This document shows positions 32,511-43,129 of a stretch of 64,000 nt of DNA, piece by piece. The DNA comes from an uncultured delta proteobacterium (lineage in GTDB: Bacteria; Desulfobacterota; Binatia; UBA9968). Position 1 is the stretch's first letter. The number at the start of each line of letters is the position of its first letter. A program made the translations under genes and the position numbers. The stretch lies in NCBI GenBank assembly GCA_963760795.1, contig CAVXEP010000004.1, positions 96,001 to 160,000 on the forward strand, in the 5' to 3' direction. The notes beneath the pieces are model-generated. The model saw nothing but the letters and a program-made list of their open reading frames with translations, was not told the DNA's origin and searched no databases.

Positions 32511-33401
32511 ATGACCTTGTACGACGACATGATGGAAGGCGTCATCGACGTTCACTGCCACATCGATTTCGAGTTTTCCGCCAAGGAGCGCAAACGCGAG
32601 CCGGAGTTTCTCTGGCTGCCCAAGGCCGAGGCGATGGGCATGCGCGGTGTCGTGCTGAAATCCCACTGGTGGCCGACGGTCAACGTCACGCCGTACATTT
32701 TGTCTTCGGTGGAAACCAAAGTCGCGCTCTGGTCGAGCGTCGCGCTGAACCTCACCGCCGGCGGACCGAATCCGTGCATCGTCGACGCCTGCGCCGCCCT
32801 CGGCGGCAAGATGATTTTCCTGCCGACGTGGAGCGCGCGCAATGACGTCGAGCGCAAAGGCTTCAGCAGCCGCATCAAGTCCTACTACGCCAACCACGCC
32901 AAGTTAGAAAACCCCAACTATTATTTTCTCGACGACCAAGGCAGGCTGATCAAAAGCGGCTATGAGATCATCGAGTGCTGCAAAGCCCATGATCTGACCC
33001 TCGGCATGGGCCATGTGTCGTGGCAGGAATCTCTCGCCTTTATCGCAGCTGCGCGCGACATGGGCTACAGCCACAGGTTGGTGATCAATCACGTGCAGAG
33101 CCACATCATCGCCATGCCGGTGGACGCCATGAAACAAGCCGCCGAGATGGGCGCATTCCTCGAAGCCTGCTGGAATGCCCTGGCGCCGGGACGCATGGAC
33201 TCGCCGGAATTGGTCGCCCAGTTCCGTCAAGTCGGACTGCGCCAGATCGTCGCCAGCACCGACTACTTCCGCCCCTACAGTCCCAATCCTGCCGAGCTAT
33301 TTAGAATGTACCTGGGCATGCTCCACGAAGGCGGCTTGAGCAAGGGCGAAGTCAACCAAGTCGCGTCGATCAATCCGGCGCGCTTGATGGGCATGGCGTA
33401 A
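32511..33401 (+). CDS. Amidohydrolase-superfamily protein (DUF6282-like)
   Basis: IDVHCH, GMRGVVLKSH, LPTWSA, GH, STD, INPARLMG. Confidence 0.82.
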   Translation: MTLYDDMMEGVIDVHCHIDFEFSAKERKREPEFLWLPKAEAMGMRGVVLKSHWWPTVNVTPYILSSVETKVALWSSVALNLTAGGPNPCIVDACAALGGKMIFLPTWSARNDVERKGFSSRIKSYYANHAKLENPNYYFLDDQGRLIKSGYEIIECCKAHDLTLGMGHVSWQESLAFIAAARDMGYSHRLVINHVQSHIIAMPVDAMKQAAEMGAFLEACWNALAPGRMDSPELVAQFRQVGLRQIVASTDYFRPYSPNPAELFRMYLGMLHEGGLSKGEVNQVASINPARLMGMA

Positions 33402-33534
33402 AGGCTTCGCATAACCCACCAACGTGATCGAACGAGGTGGGTTGCGACCATGATCGGGTTGAGATTCACTTTTTCCGAGCAGTCAAACGGTGCGAGTTAA
33501 TTGAGCAGATAGCGAAGTCGAGGGCGCACTCGAA

Positions 33535-34437
33535 TCATTTTTCGAAGAGCGCGCTTTCTTCACGATAAGCCTGCGCCAGCTCCTCAAGCAGCTGAGCGAT
33601 CGCGGCCTCGTCGACTAAACCGCACCTAGAGAGCAACTGCTCGGGCGGTGTCGCCGGTTCGGTGAAAAAACCCAGATTGCACCGGCTGCTGAGATAATCG
33701 GCGACAGTCAACAGGTTCGCCAATTCATTATTGCTGGCGCCGTCGCTATGGTGCTTCAGCGTCGCATGGATGATCTGGCCGTCGAGATTCCAGCGGTTGA
33801 GAATCGTGTGGCCCATGAGCGCGTGATCGACGCCGTACACTTCGCGCTCGGCTTCGACGACGGGGCGCCGCGCCGCCTGAACCGCGGCAAGCAAGTTCTC
33901 GTAGCCGACGGGATCGCCGTGCAAGAATAGCATCTGCCCGACGTCGTGCATGAGACCGATGAGAAAACCGATCTCGTCGTCGCGCGAGCGAGCGCGCTGA
34001 GACAAAATGCGCATCGCCAGGGCCACGCCCAGCGAATGGCGCCACAGCTTCTCGGAAATAGCGTTGCCCTTCAAGCGCAAGCTCTGGGTCGCGCTGGTGA
34101 TCACCAAACTGGTCAGCGCGCGAAAGCCGAGCACCTGCACGGCGCCGAGGAGCGTGGTCGGCAGAGTGCGCAGCGCGTAACGGGGCGACCGCGACACCGC
34201 CAACACCCGCGCCGAAAGCATTGGGTCGTCGGCCAGCACGCGACAGAGATTTTGCATGCTGACTTCCGGATCCTGGACCAGCTCCAACAGCTTATTCACC
34301 ACCGCCGGGACGGACGGCAGTGGATGGCCCTCCATTACGTTGTGGAGATAATTGCGCACCGGCCCTGGGCGCAAACTGTTGGTTTGATTCGCGGCTTTCG
34401 GTATCACGGCCACTCTCGATATAAAAATTATCGGCAT
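33535..34437 (-). CDS. HDOD domain protein
   Basis: LPSVP, DPMLSARVL, LWRHS, GLMHDVG, DHA..G..WNL. Confidence 0.9.
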   Translation of the reverse strand: MPIIFISRVAVIPKAANQTNSLRPGPVRNYLHNVMEGHPLPSVPAVVNKLLELVQDPEVSMQNLCRVLADDPMLSARVLAVSRSPRYALRTLPTTLLGAVQVLGFRALTSLVITSATQSLRLKGNAISEKLWRHSLGVALAMRILSQRARSRDDEIGFLIGLMHDVGQMLFLHGDPVGYENLLAAVQAARRPVVEAEREVYGVDHALMGHTILNRWNLDGQIIHATLKHHSDGASNNELANLLTVADYLSSRCNLGFFTEPATPPEQLLSRCGLVDEAAIAQLLEELAQAYREESALFEK

Positions 34438-34507
34438 GGCTCTGGAGAACTTTAGCTTTGATAATCGGGCGGGGGGATTGTCGCGGAAAAATCTTGTGAG
34501 TTAGAAC

Positions 34508-35266
34508 TTAAACCAGCTTCCTGCCTCGATAGACGACTATCTCCGACCCTTCGGCGAGAAACGCCGACGACGGCGCGCCGCGCAAAACCTGGCCGAACTG
34601 CTCGCCGTAAAGCTTCTCGACATCGACCTCCAAGCGCGCGCTGCGTGCCTGCCACAGGCGCCACCCCGGATGATCCACACGATACTCCATGGTGCCGCCG
34701 TTTCTCTGCCTTGAATAACCCCAGTAGTGCTGCGCGATAAACTCTTCCGCTGAACCTTCGACAAAATGGCTCGGCGCGCCGCCGGTCACAACTTCGAGAA
34801 ACTGCGCGCGTTTTTCAAACGTCCAGAAATATCTTGCCGCTGCAATATTCATGGGATCATCCGGCGAACGAAAAAGCTCGTGGCCGGTCGGCAAGGCGAC
34901 ATAGTTCTCGTTGTAAAGCCAGCGCGCCACCCAGGCGATCGCCGCGCGCGGCACGATCTCCTTGATGAACACCACTCCGCGGCGCCAACCATCCTCAGCC
35001 TTGTGGCGCACGTAAAAGCGCAAATTGATCTCTTCAAAGTTCTCGTGCAGTGGAATCGCCAGCCCCAAGACCCTGGTGTTAAGAAACGAAAATCCGACCA
35101 TGCTGACGAAAGTCCGGCCGTTCCACGTATCCAACTCCGTGCCACCTGGCACCAACGGTTGGAGCAGCGCCGGATCGCTTTCATAATTGAGCAGCGCCAG
35201 ATAGCGCCAGTCGGCGGTGAGAAACGGTTTGCCGTACTGATTCATAGAGCCACGGTTTAGCGCCAT
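34508..35266 (-). CDS. DUF2071/YqjF family protein
   Basis: FLTADWRYL..LNY, FEEINLRFYV, EYRVDHP.W. Confidence 0.88.
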   Translation of the reverse strand: MALNRGSMNQYGKPFLTADWRYLALLNYESDPALLQPLVPGGTELDTWNGRTFVSMVGFSFLNTRVLGLAIPLHENFEEINLRFYVRHKAEDGWRRGVVFIKEIVPRAAIAWVARWLYNENYVALPTGHELFRSPDDPMNIAAARYFWTFEKRAQFLEVVTGGAPSHFVEGSAEEFIAQHYWGYSRQRNGGTMEYRVDHPGWRLWQARSARLEVDVEKLYGEQFGQVLRGAPSSAFLAEGSEIVVYRGRKLV

Positions 35267-35267
35267 T

Positions 35268-35618
35268 CTACGGTTCGAATTTTTCGTCTTCTGGGATCAC
35301 GTCCGTCACCAGATCGCGAATCAGCGGCCGTTTAGGCAGCGGCTCGACGGTCGTTCCACCCGGCATCAATTTAGCGATGCAGGTGTACTCGACAACGCCG
35401 TTGACCAGCGCCATGCAGGTCTTGCAGGCATTGGCGTTGATGCAGCTGTAGCGGATCGCCAGGCCGCTGTCTAAATTCCCGCGAATCCAGCGCAGGGCGT
35501 CGAGTACCGACATGCCCTCTTCGTAGGGCACTTGGAAATCGTCGTAGCGCGCCGCCTCGCCCGGCGCGCCGCGCCGGACGTGAAGAGTTGCCGTTTTTGT
35601 TGCCGCCGCCATTGTCAT
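35268..35618 (-). CDS. Small [2Fe-2S] protein resembling only the N-terminal domain of SdhB/FrdB
   Basis: SVLDAL.WI, RYSCINANACKTCMALVNG..YTC, EPL..IRDLV. ATGA-coupled to the flavoprotein gene. Confidence 0.85.
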   Translation of the reverse strand: MTMAAATKTATLHVRRGAPGEAARYDDFQVPYEEGMSVLDALRWIRGNLDSGLAIRYSCINANACKTCMALVNGVVEYTCIAKLMPGGTTVEPLPKRPLIRDLVTDVIPEDEKFEP

Positions 35619-37303
35619 CCGCCGGGCAAGCGCACAGGGGCGATCCAGCTTGTCCGGAGTTCGCCGTTGTCCAACGCAAGGACTTGGTTTTTCAGAAATG
35701 AATCGTCCGGCGCGGGAAAATCCTCGCGCTGGTGCGCGCCCCGGCTCTCGGTGCGGGCCAGCGCGGCGGTAACGATCGCCGCGGCGGTGGTCAGCATGGC
35801 GCGCAGCTCGAACCAGTCTTGAAGATCCATGTTGTAGGGCTGCGCCGCGGCGAGATTTAGTCTCGGCAATTGCTGCCGCATGCCCTCGATTCGTGCCAGC
35901 GCCGCTGACAATTTTTCGCCGCTGCGAAACGGCCCGGCGTTCTCCCACATGAGTTTTTGCAGCTCGACCTGCAGCGAGATCGGTGTCGCTGCGCCGGCGC
36001 CATCGCTGCAAGCTGAACCGCGCAAACGTTCGAGCGCCGCCTCTGCCGCGGTTTCATGCCAATGAGAACTGGTCTGTTTAAGATTACGCGCGGCGCTCGA
36101 TCCGGCGCGCTCGCCGAAAACAAAGGCTTCGGTGATGGCGTTGCCGGACAAGCGATTGGCGCCGTTGGCGCCGCCCACCGCTTCGCCGGCGGCGTAAAGC
36201 CCGGCGATTCGCGTTTGCATGTCGGCGCCGACGCGAACGCCGCCCATGTGGTAATGCGCCATGGGACCGACCTCCACCGCTGTTTTGGTCAGATCGATGC
36301 CATTGGTCAGCAAACGGTCGATCACCGGACCGAAGGCGCCGCGCAGTTCGGCCTCGGCAACATGGCGAAAGTCCAGGTAAGCCCCGCCATGGGGCGTGCC
36401 GCGGCCGGCCTCGACTTCCTTCAAGATGGCGTAGGCGGCGACATCGCGGGTGGCGTTGTACTTGCCGAAATCCGTGCTGCCGTAGCGGTCGATGAATTCT
36501 TCGAACTTGCCGTTGAGTAATTTACCGCCGAGCTTGTAGCGAAACGGATCCCACATGATCGGGTCCATGCCGACCAAGCGCGGCGCCAGATGACCGATGG
36601 GAAAGAACTGGACGAACTCCATATCGATCAATTCCGCGCCGGCCCACAAGGCCATCGCATAGGCTTCGCCGCCCATGTTGGCCGACGCGCTATTGCGCTG
36701 GTAGAGTTTGGTCAAACCGCCGGCGGCGAGGATCACCGCCTTGGCCTCTATGACCAGCCATTGTCCGTCGGCGAGATTGAGCGCCACAGCACCCATCGCT
36801 CTGCCCTGGCTAACGAGAATTTCCACCACCGCCAGGTTACTGATGCGCCGAATCGCGGCAGTCTCGCTGACCTTGCGCCGCAAGGTTGCCGCCACCGCCG
36901 GACCGGTATTGAGAAAGTCGACATAGCAGCAGCGCTTGACGCTATGGCCGGGCGCCATCTCCTGCTTGATATGGCCGTCCTCGCGCGCCCAGCGTGTGCC
37001 CCACTGCGCCATCTCGCGTATGCGCTTCGGCCCGTCTTCACAGAGTAAATGCGCCAGCGCCTGATTGCACAGGCCGCGCCCGGCGTTCAACGTGTCTTGA
37101 AAATGCAGTTGCACCGAGTCGGCTTCCTGCTCACCCAGGGCGACGGCTACAGTCATCTGCGCCATGATCGTCGCGCCGCCGCGGCCGACCTGGCTCTTGT
37201 CGAGCAGCAGCACCGACGCGCCTTCGCGCGCCGCGGCGATCGCCGCGTACATGCCGGCGCCGCCGGCGCCGACGATGAGAACATCGGTGGAGAGATGGGG
37301 CAT
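35615..37303 (-). CDS. SdhA/FrdA/NadB-family flavoprotein
   Basis: VGAGGAG, DMEFVQF, HYHMGG, GANRLSGN, ESRGAH.R.DFP. Confidence 0.92.
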   Translation of the reverse strand: MPHLSTDVLIVGAGGAGMYAAIAAAREGASVLLLDKSQVGRGGATIMAQMTVAVALGEQEADSVQLHFQDTLNAGRGLCNQALAHLLCEDGPKRIREMAQWGTRWAREDGHIKQEMAPGHSVKRCCYVDFLNTGPAVAATLRRKVSETAAIRRISNLAVVEILVSQGRAMGAVALNLADGQWLVIEAKAVILAAGGLTKLYQRNSASANMGGEAYAMALWAGAELIDMEFVQFFPIGHLAPRLVGMDPIMWDPFRYKLGGKLLNGKFEEFIDRYGSTDFGKYNATRDVAAYAILKEVEAGRGTPHGGAYLDFRHVAEAELRGAFGPVIDRLLTNGIDLTKTAVEVGPMAHYHMGGVRVGADMQTRIAGLYAAGEAVGGANGANRLSGNAITEAFVFGERAGSSAARNLKQTSSHWHETAAEAALERLRGSACSDGAGAATPISLQVELQKLMWENAGPFRSGEKLSAALARIEGMRQQLPRLNLAAAQPYNMDLQDWFELRAMLTTAAAIVTAALARTESRGAHQREDFPAPDDSFLKNQVLALDNGELRTSWIAPVRLPGG

Positions 37304-37642
37304 TGGGGATTAGCAGGCGCGGTTGCGTTGCGATTCATTTTCGCGAGTAGCGCGGCTCCTGTCGGATCGATCGTAGGGAATTTGCTTGCGTCCTTGACTC
37401 CCACGAACGGATCGACTTAGTGCAACAATACGAAGTTTGTCGTCATTCCCGCGTACAGCGCGGCACAATCGCACGGAATTTGATTTCTGCGCCCAGGCAA
37501 GCCGTAAAGGTGACGGACCGCGCTCGTCATCCGCGAGGTAATGGATCCGGAACTCCGAAGGCGTCTTCGCTTGTGGATCAATCCCATTCCCTAACAGGTA
37601 TTTTCGCAGGAGGACACGCGCAAGCGCACGAAGTGCGGAATC

Positions 37643-38386
37643 TCAATCATCCGAACCTTCGTGTCCTTCGTGCCTTCGTGGTGCAAGCGTCTTCTCGCTA
37701 TCGCCCTGCTGCAGCTCCAGCAGCGCCAATTTAGCCGCTTCCTGTTCGGAAATCTTTTTACTCTTCCCTTCACCTTTGCCCAACACCCTGCCGCCCACCG
37801 TGATCTCGGTGACGAAAACTTTTTCATGATCGGGACCGGCCTCGGCGACGATCTGGTAAGTTGGCGGCGCGTGAAACAGCATCTGGCTGATTTCCTGCAG
37901 CCGGGTCTTGTAGTCTTGCTGGCCCAGCTGTTTACCGGTGACATCCTGGAGAAAAAAGCGCTCGACGACGCTGCGCGCCGCTGCGTAACCGCCGTCGCGA
38001 TAAACGGCGCCGAGGATCGCCTCGAAGGCGCCCGCTAAGATCGACGGCTTGCTGCGCCCTTCACTGCGTTCTTCGCCCTTGCCCAGACGCAGCAGCGCGC
38101 CGAGGTTGAGCTCGGCCGCCTTCTCCGCCAGCACCGTGGAATTCACCAGCGCCGCGCGCATGCGCGACAGATCGCCCTCGGTCTTGTCGGGATTATGCTG
38201 CATCAATAGATCGCTCACCGCCAGGTCGAGCACGGCGTCGCCGAGGAACTCCAGGACCTCGTTATGGTCGCCGCTCTTGTGCCGGTCGTAGGACACATGG
38301 GTGAGGGCGCGCTCGAGCAAAGCCTCGTCTGTGAAGCTGTAGCCCAGTTCGCCCAGCAACAGATTGAGTTGTTCGTCGGTATTCAA
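37643..38386 (-). CDS. rnc: Ribonuclease III
   Basis: ALTH.S, NEVLEFLGDAVL and dsRBD DYKTRLQE..G.GKSKK.SEQ.AA. Start codon uncertain. Confidence 0.93.
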   Translation of the reverse strand: MNTDEQLNLLLGELGYSFTDEALLERALTHVSYDRHKSGDHNEVLEFLGDAVLDLAVSDLLMQHNPDKTEGDLSRMRAALVNSTVLAEKAAELNLGALLRLGKGEERSEGRSKPSILAGAFEAILGAVYRDGGYAAARSVVERFFLQDVTGKQLGQQDYKTRLQEISQMLFHAPPTYQIVAEAGPDHEKVFVTEITVGGRVLGKGEGKSKKISEQEAAKLALLELQQGDSEKTLAPRRHEGHEGSDD

Positions 38387-38393
38387 GGGGATT

Positions 38394-39737
38394 TCACCCA
38401 CCGGTTGCGGTGAGATTTCGCTCAACGTCCGGAGTCTCCACGGTATCCACGATACCGCGCAGCCAACCGCTGCGGTATTCGCCCAGACGCACGGTGACTT
38501 CGCGGTTGGCCAGCACGCCGGCGCCGGCGAGCGCCACCGGCAGGTAATTGCGGCTGAAACCACGACCCAAGCCGGTTGTCTTGTCGACTCTGCCCTCGAC
38601 CAGCACGGCCACGCGCTGGCCGGCAAAGCCGGCGCAAAACTCCTGCTTCTTGCGCGCGCCCAGATCGCGCATCCGTTGGGCGCGCAGTTTTTTTACCGGC
38701 GTTGGAACCGCATCTGGCAACGTCGTCGCCACCGTGCCGCGCCGTGACGAATAAGGAAAAACATGAAAATAGGTCAGCGGCAGGTCGTCAAAATACTTCA
38801 GGGAAGCCTCGAATTGCCCGTCGCTCTCGCCGGGGAAGCCGACGATGATATCGCTGCCAATGGCCGCATCGGGCAGACGTTGGCGGACACGCGCGAGCAG
38901 GTCGCGATAGTAGGCGGTGTCGTAATTGCGCCGCATGGCTTTGAGAATCGCGTCATCGCCCGCCTGGGCGCAGATATGCAGATGCGGGCAGATCGAATCC
39001 GAACTCGCCATTAAATCGAGCAGCCGATCGGGGACTTCGCGCGGGTCGAGAGAACTGAGACGAATGCGCGACATCAAACCGCTTTCGGCGATCTGCTCGA
39101 CCAGCGCGGTCAAATCCAGTTTCGCCGGCAGATCCTGGCCGTAGCCGCCGAGATGGATGCCGGTGAGGACGATCTCCTGGTAACCCGAGTCGGCCAGTTG
39201 GCGCACTTGAGACAGAACTTCCCGCGGCATCACGCTGCGGCTCAGGCCGCGCGCCGTCGGGATGATGCAGTAGGTGCAGCTGTAGTTGCAGCCCTCCTGG
39301 ATTTTCACAAAGGCGCGGGTGTGGCCGGGCAGCGCCCGCGTGCCCAACACCGGCACGCCGCGCTCGCGCTTGACGTCGCTGACCGCCACCTGAGTTTCCC
39401 CGAGGGGGGCAGCCTCGACGAAACGGAGCAGATCGTCCAGGCGATTGAGACCGACGACATAGTCGACGCCTTCCAGCCGCGCCACCTCGTCCGGGCTGAC
39501 CTGGGCGTAGCAGCCGGTGACCAGCACCCTGGCGCCGGGATTCATCCGTTTGGCGCGGCGCACCAGCTGGCGCGCCTCCCAATCGGCGCGGTCGGTGACC
39601 GTGCAGGTATTGATCACATAGCAGTCCGCGGCGGTTTCGAAGGGCACGAACGAATGCTTTGCCTCCAAGCGGTTTTGAATCACCGCCGAGTCGTACTGGT
39701 TGATCTTGCAACCCAAGGTAGTAATCGCGATTCTCAT
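38394..39737 (-). CDS. mtaB: tRNA methylthiotransferase MtaB
   Basis: TLGCKINQYDS, INTCTVT, KIQEGCNYSCTYCIIP, HVFPYS.R.GT. Confidence 0.93.
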   Translation of the reverse strand: MRIAITTLGCKINQYDSAVIQNRLEAKHSFVPFETAADCYVINTCTVTDRADWEARQLVRRAKRMNPGARVLVTGCYAQVSPDEVARLEGVDYVVGLNRLDDLLRFVEAAPLGETQVAVSDVKRERGVPVLGTRALPGHTRAFVKIQEGCNYSCTYCIIPTARGLSRSVMPREVLSQVRQLADSGYQEIVLTGIHLGGYGQDLPAKLDLTALVEQIAESGLMSRIRLSSLDPREVPDRLLDLMASSDSICPHLHICAQAGDDAILKAMRRNYDTAYYRDLLARVRQRLPDAAIGSDIIVGFPGESDGQFEASLKYFDDLPLTYFHVFPYSSRRGTVATTLPDAVPTPVKKLRAQRMRDLGARKKQEFCAGFAGQRVAVLVEGRVDKTTGLGRGFSRNYLPVALAGAGVLANREVTVRLGEYRSGWLRGIVDTVETPDVERNLTATGG

Positions 39738-39750
39738 AATCTCAATACGT

Positions 39751-39900
39751 GAAATTCCAGATTACATATTCCATATTCCAAAGCGCAGATTCCAGAATTC
39801 AGCAAATTGCAGATTGCAGATTTGAATCGGACTGCATGAATCGCTCGTTGAATCCATTGCAATTTCGTAGTCAATTCTGCAGATTCTGCTAGAATTTGTA
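39751..39900. repeat. ATTCCAG/ATTGCAG 7-nt degenerate tandem repeat
   Basis: attccagattacatattccatattcca...attgcagattgcagattt between mnmA and mtaB. Confidence 0.6.
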
Positions 39901-39915
39901 ATCGCGGGCCTGCGC

Positions 39916-40982
39916 CTAGCGCAGCGCCCGCTCGATCCAGCCGCCGCCGAGCACTTGCTCGCCGCGATAAAAAACCGCCGCCTGGCCGGGTGTCACCGCC
40001 GGCAGTGGATTATCGAAGCGAACTTCACAGCCGCCATCCGCCATCGGGCGAATCACGCAAGGAACCGCCGGCGCGCGGTAGCGAATCTGCACTTCGGCGG
40101 CGCTCGCGCCATCCATCGGACGCTTCGATCCAGTTCACCGAGCGCGCGATCAGCCCCGCGCAATTCAGGTCATTCTTGTTACCGACAACGACGCGCTTCG
40201 AAGCCTGGTCAATATCGACGACGTAAAGCGGTTCGGCACCGGAGATGCCCAATCCCCGGCGCTGGCCGACCGTCACGGTGTGGACCCCGCCATGCTGCCC
40301 GAGCACTTTGCCGGCACGGTCGACCACCTCGCCGCCGGCTAACTCATCGGTGGCAGCGTAGGTGGCGACCAAAGCTTTGTAATCGCCGAAACAGATATCC
40401 TGGCTCTCCGGCCGCTCCGCCGCGGGCAAGTCCAACTGCCGGGCTTTCGCGCGCACCGCAGTCTTGTGCATCCCGCCCAGGGGAAACAGCGTGCGCGACA
40501 ATTGCGCCTGCGACAATGCGAAGAGAAAATACGACTGATCCTTGGCGCCGTCGACACCGCGCAGCAATGACGTATGCGCCGTCGGGGAATCCTGTGCGAG
40601 CCGGGCATAATGGCCGGTGGCGACGAAATCCGCCCCCTGCTCATCCGTCCAGCGTAGCAGCGTGCCGAGTTTGAAGTCGCGATTGCACGCCACGCAGGGA
40701 TTGGGCGTGCGGCCGTGCAGATAGTCCTGGGCAAACGGCTTGACCACCATGTTGGCGAATTGTTCGCGCAGATCGAGCAAGGTATGCGAGATGCCCAGAT
40801 GCTTGGCGACTTCCTCGGCGCCGCGATGATCCGAGCACACCCGCGGCCCCTGCTCGCCCTCCCACATGCGCAAGGAGACGCCGATGACCTCATGCCCCTG
40901 CTCCACCAGCAGCGCCGCGGTCACCGAACTATCGACCCCGCCGCTCATGGCGACGACGATTTTTTTTGCGTGGTGGTTTCAT
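39916..40982 (-). CDS. mnmA: tRNA 2-thiouridylase MnmA (indels at the T-run 40960-40967 and near 40115)
   Basis: VVAMSGGVDSS, TPNPC..CN, ATGHYA, KDQSYFL, ESQDICF. C-terminus QIRYR..AVTPGQAAVFY..LGGGWI is in another frame. Confidence 0.92.
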
Positions 40983-41008
40983 GACCGACGTGACTCAGTG
41001 TGGCTTCC

Positions 41009-41089
41009 TGGAACGATTGGAACGGCTGGAACCATTGGAACCGAGCGCGCAAAAAGTTCCAACTGTTCCAATCGTTCCAACAGTTCCAA
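41009..41089. repeat. TGGAAC/GTTCCA 9-nt tandem-repeat hairpin
   Basis: 4x TGGAAC then 4x GTTCCA. Confidence 0.85.
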
Positions 41090-41115
41090 CTGTTGCTTAT
41101 TGCCTATTGCCCTCG

Positions 41116-42105
41116 TCATTTTATGACTTGATTCGCCCGCTTCAGCAACTCGAGTGGTATCGTATGGCCAATTTGTTTTGCCGCCTTCAAGTTAATGATG
41201 AATTCAAACTTGGTCGCCTGTTGTACCGGCAGATCCTCCGGCTTAGTTCCCTTGAGGATTCTGTCTACGTATTGGGCGGCGTTGCGGAACAGGTCAGCGG
41301 CGTCCGGCCCGTAAGACATGAGACCGCCCTCATCGACAAACGCCTTCTCGGGGTAAATAGCCGGCAACTGGTACTTGACGGCAAGCTCGACGATCCGCTT
41401 TCTTTCAGCGAAAAAGGTGCGAGTGGCGGTCGTCATAATCGCTTTGACCTGCTTTTGCTTTGCGGTTTTAAAGGCGCTCTCTAAACCTTTGGCGTCGGCT
41501 TGAGTCTCTATCTCCTCCAATTTGAGCTTCAGGTACAGAGCCGCAGCCCTGAGCTCTTTCAGTTGGAGGTCAAATCCTATGTTGTCACCCGGCAGCCGCA
41601 GAAGTCCAACTCGGGCGAGCTTGGGGACCGCGTCCTTGAGTATCTCTAGCCTTTTGGTGTTTAGCTCGACCGCTAAACTCGAGAAACCGGTGACATTGCC
41701 TCCTGGCCGCGCCAGACTGGCAACCAAACCTGCACCGACGGGGTCGTCAACGTTCGTCATTACGATGGGGATGGTAGTAGTGGCGCTCTTGGCCGCTAAC
41801 GCCGGCGATACCCCTGCCACCACAATTAGATCAACCTTAAGACGAACCAGGTCCGCCGCAAGCTCAGTTCGGCGCTCAGGCTTTCCCTCCGTAAATCGGT
41901 ACTCGATGGTAAAATTCTTTCCCTCAATCCATCCCAGCTTGCTCAGCTCTTGCAGGAACGCCTTCACAAGGCCCGCGCTACCAGCAGCAGTGCCTCCACT
42001 GAGGAAACCGATGCGGAAGATTTTCCCTGCCTGCTGCGCCTCGGCGAGAGAAGCGGTAGTCAGAAAAAAAGTTGCCAGTCGCCGGATGGCGGTTCTTCTG
42101 TTCAT
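41116..42105 (-). CDS. ABC substrate-binding protein (ABC_sub_bind type), standalone
   Basis: DPVGAGLVASLARPGGNVTG, KRLEILK, GGLMSYG, DLPVQQATKFE..INLK.AK. Confidence 0.92.
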   Translation of the reverse strand: MNRRTAIRRLATFFLTTASLAEAQQAGKIFRIGFLSGGTAAGSAGLVKAFLQELSKLGWIEGKNFTIEYRFTEGKPERRTELAADLVRLKVDLIVVAGVSPALAAKSATTTIPIVMTNVDDPVGAGLVASLARPGGNVTGFSSLAVELNTKRLEILKDAVPKLARVGLLRLPGDNIGFDLQLKELRAAALYLKLKLEEIETQADAKGLESAFKTAKQKQVKAIMTTATRTFFAERKRIVELAVKYQLPAIYPEKAFVDEGGLMSYGPDAADLFRNAAQYVDRILKGTKPEDLPVQQATKFEFIINLKAAKQIGHTIPLELLKRANQVIK

Positions 42106-42275
42106 TTTTCCTTATCGTAAAGGGTTGGTTCGCTTACGAAACCCGTAGGATGTGGTGCAGTCCGCGAACCGCATCGAGCGACTAAAACTTACCTTTTCTT
42201 TTCACCATTGATCGAGTCACGAAACGTTTTGAACGGCTTGAACGATTTGAACGTTTTGAGCGCGTTCGGCCTGCT

Positions 42276-43011
42276 TCAGCTTCCGGTATTGCGCAACAGG
42301 TCTTTGATCTTGTTGAGCTCTTCGGTTTCCTCGGCGGTCTTTTCTTCGAGACCGCCCTGGCGCGCGCTCAGCTCGTCGACTTTCTTTTCCAACTTTTCGA
42401 TATAGTCGCCCACCGCGGCCAACGCCTTGGCGATGGGATCGGGGAGGTCGGCGGAATTCAAATCGATGACCGCCTTGCCGGTGGGCGTATGGAGCGCTTC
42501 GACTTTGACCACCCTACCGGGAATGCCGACGACGGTGGAATGGGCCGGCACCGCGGTCACCAGCACCGAGCCGGCGCCAATCCGGCTATGACGGCCAACC
42601 CTCACCGGACCGAGAACCGCCGCGCCGCTGAAAATCGTCACGGAATCTTCAATGGTCGGATGGCGCTTGATGCGCTGGGTGGAAGTGCCGCCGAGCGTTA
42701 CGCCTTGATAGATCGTCACGTCATCGCCGATCTCGGCGGTCTCGCCGATGACCACGCCCATGCCATGATCGATAAAAAAGCGCCGGCCGATCTTGCGCGC
42801 CCGGATGGATCTCGATACCGGTGAGAAACCGTCCGACGTGGCTGACGAAGCGCGCCAGGGTCGTCAGCCCCTGGCGCCACAGCTCATGGGCCATGCGGTG
42901 CAGCACGATGGCGTGAAATCCCGGATAGGCCAGGACGATCTCCCAGACCGAACGCAGCGCCGGATCGCGCTGCGAAACTACCTGGAAATCTTCTTTAATG
43001 GTTTGCCACAT
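42276..43011 (-). CDS. cysE: Serine O-acetyltransferase (1-nt frameshift near 42795)
   Basis: [19 protein letters not shown] continues in another frame as [23 protein letters not shown]. Confidence 0.92.
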
Positions 43012-43026
43012 GGGGGGATGGGGGCG

Positions 43027-43122
43027 CTGGAGTGCTGGAGTATTGGAGTACTGGAGTGTTGGGTAGAATTCGAACCCGGCTCCCCCCCATTACTCCATCA
43101 TTCCATTACTCCAACACTCCAA
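43027..43122. repeat. GGAGTRYT 8-nt tandem-repeat hairpin
   Basis: ctggagtgctggagtattggagtactggagtgttgg ... ccattactccatcattccattactccaacactccaa. Confidence 0.85.
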
Positions 43123-43129
43123 TTCTTTT

